The translations under genes and the position numbers were made by a program. 46,356 nucleotides of DNA from Candidatus Nanohalobium sp. Its GTDB lineage: Archaea > Nanohalarchaeota > Nanosalinia > Nanosalinales > Nanosalinaceae. The notes beneath the pieces are model-generated. The model was given only the letters and a program-made list of their open reading frames with translations, did not search any database and was not told where the DNA came from. Positions 9,826 through 19,800 of the stretch are shown one piece after another. How positions within the stretch are numbered: position 1 is the first letter of the stretch; every line of letters begins with the position of its first letter. Location of the stretch: contig JBDGSL010000077.1 of NCBI GenBank assembly GCA_042217555.1, positions 8,521 through 54,876 of the forward strand, given 5' to 3'.

Positions 9826-10410
9826 ATGGCTATACTCCCTGACAGCGAACTGAGAAAACTGGTGGAAGAAGAGGAAGCAGTAAAAGTAGAAGACGGACCA
9901 GAGATAGACGAAGACCTTCAGATAGGGCCGTCATCCATGGACCTGAGACTTGGATACGAGTTCGGAGTCCTTAATACACGCAAGATAGAGATGGTTGACA
10001 CGAAAGACATGGAGAAATACTCGAACTACATGAAAACAGAAAAACATTCTGTAGAAGAAGGAGTAGTTGTCCACCCCGGAGAATTCATACTCGGATCCAC
10101 ACTAGAAACAATAAACATCCCAAAAAACCTAGTAGCTCGCGTAGAAGGGAGAAGCAGCTACGGAAGACTGGGAATAATAGTGCACGCGACAGCCGGCTAC
10201 TGCGACCCTGGATTCGAGGGAGATATCACGTTGGAGATACAGAACCTGGGAAACGCCCCGGTAAAGCTGTATCCTGAGGACCGTGTCTGCCAGATAGTCT
10301 TCGAGACCATGACAGGCGAGGCAGAGAATCCTTACGGTGAGAAGAAGGATACAAAGTACATGGGCCAGACAGGCGCCACCGGTTCACGACTGGACAGGGA
10401 GAAAAGGTGA
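9826..10410 (+). CDS. dcd: dCTP deaminase
   Basis: QIGPSSMDLRLG, EGRSSYGRLG, HATAGYCDPGFEGDITLE. Confidence 0.95.
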   Translation: MAILPDSELRKLVEEEEAVKVEDGPEIDEDLQIGPSSMDLRLGYEFGVLNTRKIEMVDTKDMEKYSNYMKTEKHSVEEGVVVHPGEFILGSTLETINIPKNLVARVEGRSSYGRLGIIVHATAGYCDPGFEGDITLEIQNLGNAPVKLYPEDRVCQIVFETMTGEAENPYGEKKDTKYMGQTGATGSRLDREKR

Positions 10411-10656
10411 AGGGAAAGTTTGAAGGGTACATGCTGTTGGAGACTTACTGAAGCTATCTCAGACAGTCGGTAGCAGCATCCTTTCTCGTTTTCTACATGT
10501 TCGCCGTCTGCATGCACACGCTGTTGCCGCAGACAAGGCAGAAACCTACCTGTTTCACAAGTTCTGGCAAACTGTTTCCCCCCCCTCTCTCCCCTCTCTG
10601 ATAGATAGTTTCTGTCAAGGAACTGTTTTGAATCTTTCGCCTTCAAACTTTAAGTT

Positions 10657-11418
10657 ATGGAGGACAGGTTTAAGCCGGTTGATGCGCACTGCCACCTGGA
10701 TTTTAACCGTTTCGACGACGACAGGGAGGAAGTAGTTGAGAGGTCAAGAGAAGAGCTGGAGTTCGTGGTGAACGCAGGCTGCAACGTGGAGCAGAACAGG
10801 AAGGCCCTGGAACTGGAAGACAGGTACCCTGGTTTTGTAGTCGCTAACCTTGGCCTTCACCCAACATACACCGACAGTTTTGATGAACTGGAAAAAGTTA
10901 AGGATCAGATAAGGAAGCAGGACCCGGTGGCTGTAGGTGAGATAGGTCTTGACCACCACCATGTGACTGATGAAGAGGTAAGGGAAAGGCAGCGACAGGT
11001 TTTCCGTGGTATGCTTGAACTGGCTGAGGAACTTGGTAAAACAGTTAACGTCCACAGCCGTGAGGCAGAGCAGGAGGTCATAGATACCCTGAATGAGTAC
11101 AGTCTTCCTGATGCACTGATACACTGCTTCAACGGGACGCCGGAACAGGCAGAGGAAGCCGTGGAGAAAGGTTTCACTGTCGGCGTTACCACCCAGGTAC
11201 TTTACTCCGACAGGGTACAGGATATTGTTGAACGGTTGAGTCTGGAAGGGTTCGTCCTGGAGACTGACTCGCCTTTCCTGTACCGTGGCGGACGAAACGA
11301 ACCCTTAAACGTCCTGGAAAGCGCTGAAAAGATCGCGGAGATCAAGAACGTCTCCACGGAAAAAGTTGTGCGGACGACTACTCAACGATCGAGAAGGCTT
11401 TTCAGGCAGGCCCCTTAA
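10657..11418 (+). CDS. tatD: TatD family nuclease
   Basis: DAHCHLD, GLHP, VGEIGLD, VHSR, HCF, ETDSPF. Confidence 0.93.
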   Translation: MEDRFKPVDAHCHLDFNRFDDDREEVVERSREELEFVVNAGCNVEQNRKALELEDRYPGFVVANLGLHPTYTDSFDELEKVKDQIRKQDPVAVGEIGLDHHHVTDEEVRERQRQVFRGMLELAEELGKTVNVHSREAEQEVIDTLNEYSLPDALIHCFNGTPEQAEEAVEKGFTVGVTTQVLYSDRVQDIVERLSLEGFVLETDSPFLYRGGRNEPLNVLESAEKIAEIKNVSTEKVVRTTTQRSRRLFRQAP

Positions 11419-11462
11419 AATATGTCAAGGTCAAATATTTTCCTGTAGAGGTCAGAAAGATC

Positions 11463-11927
11463 ATGGTTTTGCAGAGATTTAAGGATAAAGTTAACGGAGA
11501 GCCCAACGTAGCTGTGTACGTCGACGGCCCTAACGTTGTTAGGAAAGAGTTCGATCTTGATCTTGACGAGTTACGTGAAAAGGTTTCCGAGTTCGGAAAC
11601 ATTAAGGTCGGAAAAGTTTTTCTCAACCAGTACGCCTCAGATAAACTGATAGAAGCTATAGTTTCACAGGGATTCGAAGCCGCACTTGGTCTAGGCGGTG
11701 AAAAAGCAAAGGAAAGCGATGTAGACGTCTACATGGCAGTCAACGCCATGGAATCAGTTTTCAACGACGACATAGATGTCGTCGTACTGGTTACCCGTGA
11801 CACAGATTTCCTACCTGTAATCCAGAAAGCGAAGGAGCACGGAAAGGAGACTGTTATCATGGGTATGGATCCCGGCTTTTCCACAGCCCTGAAAAACGCA
11901 GCGGATAAGGTAGTGACACTAGAGTAA
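11463..11927 (+). CDS. NYN domain protein (TIGR00288-like)
   Basis: [30 protein letters not shown]. Confidence 0.9.
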   Translation: MVLQRFKDKVNGEPNVAVYVDGPNVVRKEFDLDLDELREKVSEFGNIKVGKVFLNQYASDKLIEAIVSQGFEAALGLGGEKAKESDVDVYMAVNAMESVFNDDIDVVVLVTRDTDFLPVIQKAKEHGKETVIMGMDPGFSTALKNAADKVVTLE

Positions 11928-11933
11928 AGAACT

Positions 11934-12248
11934 ATGGGCCCCGTTAAACTTTTCGATTTCTTCGGCCTGGCAGATATACTGTCAGGCATCTTACTCTTCT
12001 TCACTGTCTCCCCTGTTCCCACCGGCCTGGCCCAGTTACACGCAGGTTTCCTGGTGTTCAAAGGCGTTATGTCATACCAGAAAACAGTCCCGCTTCCCAC
12101 ACCGGTTTACTACCTTGGAGGGTTCGCAGACCTGTTCTCCGCCGCCATACTTTTCTTTGGAACACCGCCGGTGCTTGCAGAGTACAGCACCTATTTCGCC
12201 GGACTCCTGTTCTTCAAGGCAGTCTGGACAAGCTTCGGCGCAATGTAA
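11934..12248 (+). CDS. Small membrane protein
   Basis: Hydrophobic 104 aa ORF 6 nt after the NYN gene, with an internal repeat (GLADIL/GFADLF). Confidence 0.7.
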   Translation: MGPVKLFDFFGLADILSGILLFFTVSPVPTGLAQLHAGFLVFKGVMSYQKTVPLPTPVYYLGGFADLFSAAILFFGTPPVLAEYSTYFAGLLFFKAVWTSFGAM

Positions 12249-12326
12249 CACCCCTCTCTCCCTCTCTCTTTTTTATCTGATCTGAAGCCTTAGACCAAAG
12301 CAAGTGGAAAAGCACTTACCCGGTCT

Positions 12327-12893
12327 CTAAAGCTTGCTGTTTATTCTTTTCAAAAGGTCTATTATCTGCTCGTTCTGAGCCTTCAACTCTTCCATGTCGG
12401 AACGGTTACTGGATACTGACTCCGGGTTTCCAGGGTCCATCCCTGCGTTCTCCATCTTCTTCCGTGTGCTATCACTTATCTGAGGAGAGCTGTCACCGGC
12501 CTGAGGCCTTCCACTTCGAGGGTTAGGCATACGGCCTCCCGCAGAACTGTTTTCCTGTGAACCACGGCCTGTCTGCGTGGATCGCCCCTGACCTACTCCC
12601 TGTGTATTACTGCTTCTGCCATTGCCACGTACCCTGTTCTGCTGGCTGTTACCCTGTCTTTGCCTTCTCTTCTGCTGGCTTCTTCCCGAATTACCTGTCT
12701 TACTTTGGTTTCCACCGGGAGAGTTACGGTCGATCCCGGCCGTGTTAGATGCCAGGTCTTCACCTTGACTGTTGAGACCGTTGTTCTCGGAGTTTCCAAG
12801 GTCTTCTCCTACACCGTCAAGAGATGAGTCCAGATCAGAGCCTGTAGAGCTGTTTCCACCCATCTTGTCCTTGATATCGTCTATCACGTTCAT
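12327..12893 (-). CDS. Low-complexity (G/S/N/Q-rich) hypothetical protein
   Basis: 188 aa with a disordered-looking middle and a C-terminal coiled coil (ELKAQNEQIIDLLKRI). Confidence 0.7.
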   Translation of the reverse strand: MNVIDDIKDKMGGNSSTGSDLDSSLDGVGEDLGNSENNGLNSQGEDLASNTAGIDRNSPGGNQSKTGNSGRSQQKRRQRQGNSQQNRVRGNGRSSNTQGVGQGRSTQTGRGSQENSSAGGRMPNPRSGRPQAGDSSPQISDSTRKKMENAGMDPGNPESVSSNRSDMEELKAQNEQIIDLLKRINSKL

Positions 12894-12935
12894 CGCACAG
12901 GAACTGTTTTCGCATCACGCCGTTTTAAGGTTTCC

Positions 12936-15158
12936 CTACATCCTTCCCTTCCTCTTCCTGTAGCCAACTTCAGCCAGGAAAACCAGTAACGCTGCTACAA
13001 GCAGGTAAGGGGTTAGAGACGTTCTCTTCCTGATATCCTTCTTTTCCATCTCCAGGTCTTCACCTATGTTTTCTATGTCTTCACTGTCGTATATCCTTCC
13101 TCCTGTGTCCTGAGCTATCTTCTGCAGTTTTTCCGTGTCAGGTCCTACTTTACGTATCTCTGGGTTGTAGTTGTAGGCGTATGTCTCGTTGTGCCATTTT
13201 TTAAGTCCTGTACCTGGTTTTTCCAGTTTTCTGGTGTACAGGTTCTGTGACTTCTTTGTGAGTTCAGGGTGTGGTTCTGTGGACTTCACAACCGGTTTCT
13301 CAGGCCTGGAACTGTCTTCTATGTCCGTCCAGTTGTCTTCCTTTCTGCGCGGATTCCCTACGGCCCATGCAACAGTTTTAGATACCAGTTCAGGGTCGGT
13401 ACGGGTTACACGGGAAAGATCTTTTTCTCCTGCTGAGAAAGCTGCTACCCTGCCAAGGCCGTACCTCCACGTGGTCAGGTATTCCAGGCCGTTGGCGCCG
13501 CTGACAAGTTGATCTGCTGATCTCTTTGGCTCTACAGGTTTGAAGTCCGTGGTCGAACCGTCCAGCTTAAGTCCACGGGTTATGAAGTGAGCAGGGTTAA
13601 CTGTTTTCAGCGGAGTGTACTCTGCTTCACCTCCTCCTGCTCCGAAGTTGAACTTGAGTCTTCCGGCTTCACGGTTTTCAAGGTAGTATCCTCCTGTCTT
13701 CTGTGCTATATCTTCCAGAAGAGGCTGGTTAGGCTGTTGCCCTACTCCAACGGTTATCAGTTTTGATTCCATGTTCGAGGTTATCGATCTGAGTTTTGAA
13801 GGCACCCCTCTGTTCTTTTCGTACGTTCCTATCTCTCCATCGGTAAGCATGACTACTGTATCGTTTTCCTCTGCAAGTGATGCAGCGCCTTCCAGGCCTC
13901 TGTCATGGAAGGAAGGGCCTTCTGTTTGCAGCCGGGATATCCTGTCCTTTATTGTTTCTCTGTGTGATGCAAGTGAGAGCGGTTTGGATACGCGATGTGC
14001 CTCTCTGTTGTAGGCTATGACTCCGACACGGTTGTTCTTTTTCATCGCGTCGACAAGAGAGTACGCGATCTTTATCGATTCCTTGGCCTTTCCTCCTTCT
14101 GACGATGTCTCGACGCAGATATTCCCGTACTTTTCCACGCATTTCCCTGATCCATGGGATATGTCTATCAGGAGTATGACTCTGGCTCCTGACTCTCTCT
14201 TTTCCTTTTCTGATGGTCTTACGGGCAGGTAGTCCGGTACTGAGTCCTTCATACTGCCTGTGTACAGAAGGCCGTTACCTTCTACTACATAGTTTTTCAG
14301 GTGTCTGCTATCGACTTTTTTGCCTAGGAAGACGGCGTAGTACTTATCCAGTTCTTCCGGAATCTTGTTCCGTGTGTCGACTTTGTAGAACTTTTCCAGT
14401 TGTGCCGGAGGTTCTGCACCTACTGAAAGTATCTCTGGTTTCTGTCTTACATCTACTGTCCTGTAGAAGTGGTTGTTACCAGAGAAGATGTCTTCTGACC
14501 TGATGTGAGCCTGTAATGTGTGGCTTCCGGTAGTGTTAAACCGTTTTTCAAAGCTGTACGAGTTGTTCACGGTACCGGTGTAGATGTTTTTCCCGTCAAG
14601 TGTAAGGTTGAGTTCGACAGGTTTTCCGGAGGTCTTACTCAGTTTTACCGTGTACCTGTTCAGGGCGCCGGGTACAGTCTGGGAAGGACCCTCTATCCTG
14701 ACAGCTTGTTCCTCCCGTGTTTCAGGTATGTACACCGAGACTGTGGCGTTTTCATTATTCGCAGCTTCGATCAGTTCTCCGGTGTTCTGCCGTGTTCTTC
14801 CATCAGTTACGAGAAGGTTGTGGCTTCCCTCTTCCAGTGCTGCAGCGGCCTGTGAGAATATCTGGGAGTTATTATCCTGTATAAATACTTTTCTACTTCC
14901 CTTGTCCGGTATCTGTCCTGTCTTAAGGACCTGAGTTGAAGTGGTGTTGTCAACCAGTATGTCCAGTTGCTGTTTCTGAAGGGTTTCCTGCGTCTGTGTG
15001 TATGCTGGAGAAGCTGCACTGAACACAAGTAAAAGTATCAGCAATGTACGTGTCAACCCAAGTTTTCTCCCGTAATTACTGGAATTAATAAGGAAACGTG
15101 CCGAGAGAAATACCAGTGGAACAAGCAGCAAGAACTCAGGGTTCTGCACCGTTATCAC
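12936..15158 (-). CDS. Membrane-anchored von Willebrand factor A domain protein
   Basis: N-terminal TM segments, ILLIDISHGS (MIDAS-like), VMLTDG, WRYGLGRVAAF, C-terminal TM. Confidence 0.85.
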   Translation of the reverse strand: MITVQNPEFLLLVPLVFLSARFLINSSNYGRKLGLTRTLLILLLVFSAASPAYTQTQETLQKQQLDILVDNTTSTQVLKTGQIPDKGSRKVFIQDNNSQIFSQAAAALEEGSHNLLVTDGRTRQNTGELIEAANNENATVSVYIPETREEQAVRIEGPSQTVPGALNRYTVKLSKTSGKPVELNLTLDGKNIYTGTVNNSYSFEKRFNTTGSHTLQAHIRSEDIFSGNNHFYRTVDVRQKPEILSVGAEPPAQLEKFYKVDTRNKIPEELDKYYAVFLGKKVDSRHLKNYVVEGNGLLYTGSMKDSVPDYLPVRPSEKEKRESGARVILLIDISHGSGKCVEKYGNICVETSSEGGKAKESIKIAYSLVDAMKKNNRVGVIAYNREAHRVSKPLSLASHRETIKDRISRLQTEGPSFHDRGLEGAASLAEENDTVVMLTDGEIGTYEKNRGVPSKLRSITSNMESKLITVGVGQQPNQPLLEDIAQKTGGYYLENREAGRLKFNFGAGGGEAEYTPLKTVNPAHFITRGLKLDGSTTDFKPVEPKRSADQLVSGANGLEYLTTWRYGLGRVAAFSAGEKDLSRVTRTDPELVSKTVAWAVGNPRRKEDNWTDIEDSSRPEKPVVKSTEPHPELTKKSQNLYTRKLEKPGTGLKKWHNETYAYNYNPEIRKVGPDTEKLQKIAQDTGGRIYDSEDIENIGEDLEMEKKDIRKRTSLTPYLLVAALLVFLAEVGYRKRKGRM

Positions 15159-16804
15159 TGTAGTTCACCTCGTGAGTAAAGGTATGTTATCTCAACTGCT
15201 GCGAAAAGCGCCAGTAAAGCAGCCAGGTACTTTCCTGCAGGATCTCTATCTGTTTTCGATGATGTCTCTGTCTGCCGGAGATCTGAGACATGAGGTGTGG
15301 ACTCACCCGGGTTCAGAAGGTTGGCTGCGTAGATGTCACGTCCTTCATAGTACCCTGTGTCGGTGATTTTCCTCACTCCTTTGAAACTTTTACCTCTGTG
15401 AGTAACAGGTTCTGCGAACTCTTTTCTTCTTCCTGTCTCCAGGTTCAGTTCGCTCCCGGTTTTCACATCGGCCATCCTGTGGAAGACATCTTTCCAGAAC
15501 AGTGGATATGTGATAGTCTTCCCGAAGGCCTTATCATCAACGTTGTAGAACAGAACATCCTCGCTGTCAGAAAGTACAAGTGCCTGCCCGGACCTTGCCA
15601 GAGAGGTGCCGGTAGCAGTGTAGTTGGACACAGTTGACTGGAAGCTGCTGGCGACTTCTTCCGATACCTTTACCGACGTGTTGAACTTTCCTGTATAGTT
15701 CTCCACAGGCGCTACTTCCATCTTTCTTCTTTCAAGTATGACGCCTGAACCTTTTTCCACTGCTTCCTCTACTTTCTCCTGCCCTCCGTTCAGACGGTAG
15801 TTCTCTCCTATAAAGTATATGTCTGCTCCCCGTATCTTATCGCCTTGGACGTACCTGGTAGAGTTTATCAGTTTGACAGCTTTTCTGAAGTAGGGGCTTT
15901 CCTTTCCCAGATACTTCACAGTTATCTCTCTTTCACGTGGTACGGACACGTGAAGTACGTTATCGGTTGAGAAGCCGTCCTCTGGCAGCGAGAAATCGTT
16001 CTTTCCCGGTTCTGGAGTGAAACTGATGGATTTTGAGGACCGGGACGGAACCTCCACCTGTCTTGAACCTGAAGGCGTTACGACCTGTACTGTTCTGTTC
16101 CTGTCAAGGAAGTTCCGTACTTTGGCCCGGACTTCTCCATTTTCCACGTTTAGGTCTGTGAATCCGTGGCTGTTTTCGTGGTTCAGCTCCATCGTTTTGA
16201 CTTTTCTCTGCTCATCCAGTTCCTCCAGTGTTTCTTCCAGATCTCCTGAGGCAGTCTGATCCATGTCCGATGCCAGTACCAGTTTACCGGGATAGTTAGA
16301 AGCCAGCTGGATGCCAGCCACTATATCCGTTCCTGTATCCCGGTTTCCGTAGTTATTCAGGAAACGGCGCACAGACTCCGGAGATGCCTCCCTCATCTCT
16401 ATCCTGGGTTGGCTTGCAGCAGTTATCACTGTGTTCTTCGCTCCCATATGCTTCTCTACGAAATTCTTGACTTTTTCCCTGTCGCCGTTCATGCTTGCCG
16501 ATACATCCAGAACTACCACGGTTCTCCCCTCAGACTCCAGCCCCGGTACGACAGGATTAGCAAGGGTCAGAGCCAGCAGGGAAATAAACAAGAGATGGAG
16601 TAACAGCATCCGGTTTCTTTTCAGTTTCTGTAAAGCATGCCTGATCTTGCCGTTCTCCTGGTTTTCCTGGAAGAACGCCATCGAAGGCATAACTTCTCTC
16701 TCAGGTTTCGGCCTTACAAGGTAGAACACCAGCAGCGGTATGATAGCCAGAAATGCTGCCAACCCTGCCGGGTTCACAAAGTATTGCTGAACAGTCTGCA
16801 TCAT
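15155..16804 (-). CDS. BatA-like N-terminal domain / VWA protein
   Basis: FVNPAGLAAFLAIIPLLVFYLVRPKP...PS; VVVLDVSASM; C-terminal TM. Confidence 0.85.
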   Translation of the reverse strand: MMQTVQQYFVNPAGLAAFLAIIPLLVFYLVRPKPEREVMPSMAFFQENQENGKIRHALQKLKRNRMLLLHLLFISLLALTLANPVVPGLESEGRTVVVLDVSASMNGDREKVKNFVEKHMGAKNTVITAASQPRIEMREASPESVRRFLNNYGNRDTGTDIVAGIQLASNYPGKLVLASDMDQTASGDLEETLEELDEQRKVKTMELNHENSHGFTDLNVENGEVRAKVRNFLDRNRTVQVVTPSGSRQVEVPSRSSKSISFTPEPGKNDFSLPEDGFSTDNVLHVSVPREREITVKYLGKESPYFRKAVKLINSTRYVQGDKIRGADIYFIGENYRLNGGQEKVEEAVEKGSGVILERRKMEVAPVENYTGKFNTSVKVSEEVASSFQSTVSNYTATGTSLARSGQALVLSDSEDVLFYNVDDKAFGKTITYPLFWKDVFHRMADVKTGSELNLETGRRKEFAEPVTHRGKSFKGVRKITDTGYYEGRDIYAANLLNPGESTPHVSDLRQTETSSKTDRDPAGKYLAALLALFAAVEITYLYSRGELQ

Positions 16805-16833
16805 CTCTACAATTTAATCAGTTCTCCGGGTTT

Positions 16834-19800
16834 TTAGTTTGAATCGTCTATCCTGTCCAAGACTTTCTGGTGCAGCTTCTGCAGTCTTTCCTTCCTGTCC
16901 TCCATCTTGATCACATCCGTCGACCCCTGTAAAAGCAGGTTGTGGCTGAAAGGAGAAGGAATCGAGGTCTCCTGCAACTCCCAGGTAATCTCATCTTTCT
17001 TCACGCCTTCGATAACCTCCTTTGCATGGTTGATGTCCATAGCATCCTCCATAATTTCCCGGTAAGTCTCCTTCACCATCGGGAAGTCTTCATCGTACTT
17101 GTTTCTGATCGCCGAGAGCAGAAAATGGCCTTTCATCTGCTGTTGACCTACAGTCTTGGAATCACCGGCATAGTTACGCAAAATCATCAAACTTCTGCCT
17201 GCAACGTGACGGAAACGCCTCTTCATCAGCTCTGTCTTTCTTATAGCGTTCTTCAGCTCTTCCTCAGGATCGCACTCAACCAGTTCATCCATAAGCCTGT
17301 CCAGATCGACCGGCCTTCTCGGAGTGATGAGTATGAAGCCGTTGTCGTCGATAACCATGCCAATGTTAGACCCAAACCTTTTCTGAAGCATGTGGGCCAT
17401 GATACGGGCCAGAGCATCATGCACCCTTCTACCGTAGATCGTCTGGAAAATTAGGTTCTGGCGATTGTCCTCATCGATATACTTCTCAACTATAATATTT
17501 TCATGAGTCGAGACACCGCCAGAGAAACGGTACTGCTCTGCGATATAGCCGTAGATCGCCTCGGCAGTCTTCTCATCCAGGTAGTAGTTGTGCATTATCC
17601 ACTGAAGTATCGCGTCGTCGTCAGCACCCATCTCCATCTGCTTCTTCACCTGTTTCCGGAACTCGCCGATCCTCGTTCCGAGATCATAGGATAGAGGTAG
17701 TCTCTCTGAGTACCAGGAAGGAACCGTCGGCGAGGCATTCGGCTTGGGATCTACGAACACCTTCATACCCTTGGCGTAGCTGAAACGATATTTTTTACCG
17801 CCCAAAGTGAATATATCTCCTTTAGTCAGTCTATCAAGGAACTCCTCATCCAGCTGGCCGACGTAGTCGCCTCCCTGTCGAGTCTTGACATCGTATCCTG
17901 TCTCATCCGGTATAGTTCCAATGTTTGTCATGTAGATGACCTGTGTCATCTTTCCTGAGCGGCCGAACCTCTGGTCTTCATGGTCGATCCAGATCTTCCT
18001 GTAGACGTTCTGATCCTCTAACTCCTCATACTCTCCGCCAAGATACTTCAGTACGTTGTCAAAGTCCTCCCTGGAGAGATTAAGATAGTTGTAGCTCTTC
18101 CTTACCATGTTGTAAGCATGCTCTATATTCCAGCGCTTGTTACACGCCATACCAACGATGTGCTGAGCCAGAACGTCAAGAGAGTTCCTCGGTATCTGGA
18201 TCCTGTCAAGTTCATCTTCTTTGGCGCATTTTGTAAGCACAGAGCACTCCATTGCGTCGTCCCTGTCTGTCACAATCATTTTTCCCTTCGCCTTCTCTCC
18301 GATCTTGTGGCCGGAACGGCCGATCCTCTGTATTCCTCTGGCCACTCCTTTCGGCGACCCCAGTTGAAGCACGAGGTCGACAGCACCTATATCAACTCCA
18401 AGTTCCAGGCTGGTTGAGGTGACGCCGACACGCATCTCTCCTTTCTTCAGTCTTTCCTCGACATCCAGTCTTTTCTCCCGGGACATGCTCGAGTGGTGAG
18501 CTCCGATGTTGTCCTCGTAGAAGTCCGGAAACCTGTTCTGAAGGTTGTTGACGATACGTTCCGTAGCAGAACGCGTGTTGGTGAATATTATCGTGGATTC
18601 GTGTTCCTGAACCAGGTTGTGTATCTGGTCGTACATCGCCTCCTGAATCTCCTCAGCAGGTGTATGGATCAAGTCTCGGACAGGCGAGATAGTTTCAAGG
18701 TCGATCTCCTTCGAAGCCGCGACATCGACGATAGTACAGCCTCTGGTCTCGTAACCTTCAGTTTTTTCTTCCTCGGCCGAGGTTATCTCGCCGTACTCTC
18801 CTTCTTCCACGGTTATATCCTCGTTAACTTCGTATCCGACAAGGTACTTCGCGATCTCATCTATAGGAGCCTGCGTAGCTGACAAACCGATTCTTGTGGG
18901 AGAGGTGTTCGCCATCTCCTCCAAGCGTTCATAGGAAAGTGATAGATGCACGCCTCGCTTGTTCTCACTTAATGAGTGAATCTCGTCCGTAATAACGTAC
19001 TCCACGTTTTTGAGGGACTGGCCGAACTTTGGTGAGTTCAAGATTATTCCCAATGACTCCGGAGTTGTGATAAGTATGTGCGGAGGATTCTCCCTCATCT
19101 CGGCTTTTTCTGCATCGGTTGTATCGCCGGTCCTGACCGCGCTCCTGACCTCCGGCACATCGTATCCCATCTCTTCGGCCTTCTGCTTTATTCCTTCTAG
19201 AGGATCCTCCAGGTTTCTTTTGATGTCGTTGTTCAGGGCTCTGAGAGGCGAGACGTACAGTATGTTCACTTCGTCCTCTAGTTCACCTTCCCGTCCTTTC
19301 CTGAAAAGCTCATTCAATCCTGAAAGAAATGCAGAAAGAGTATTATGAAGATATAGTCCTCCTTTACCGCCTATATAGTTTCTTAGTTCTGGCACTGAGA
19401 GGTCTATTATATCTCCATTATATGGTTCAGTTTCTTTCTCCTTTACCTCAAGCCACATGATATTTCTATCCTTTATTTCCTGGATCTCTCCCCTTAATTC
19501 TGAAACATATGGCGCCTTATCCATACTCTCAAGTTTATTTTCTAGCTTCTCTAGCGCCTGATCTGTTATATATCCCGATCTTCTAACTACCTCGTAAATA
19601 TTCCCAAATTCTTGCTTAAACGCTTTATCGTTCTCAAAGTATTGAGAAAGCCTGCGAATTTTCTTATAGTCAAACCTGTGTTTACCAATGTAATTTCCTG
19701 AGATGTTTCCTTCAACATGTTTCCTGACTTTCCCAAGATTAGGGTGTATTATATCAAACTTTTCTAGGCATTTCAGGAGATTGGGTATGCCCCGGATGGT

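Noticed and set aside
10332..10646. 104 aa minus-strand ORF between dcd and tatD
   Set aside because: Overlaps dcd antisense, has non-acidic composition and shows no recognisable motif.
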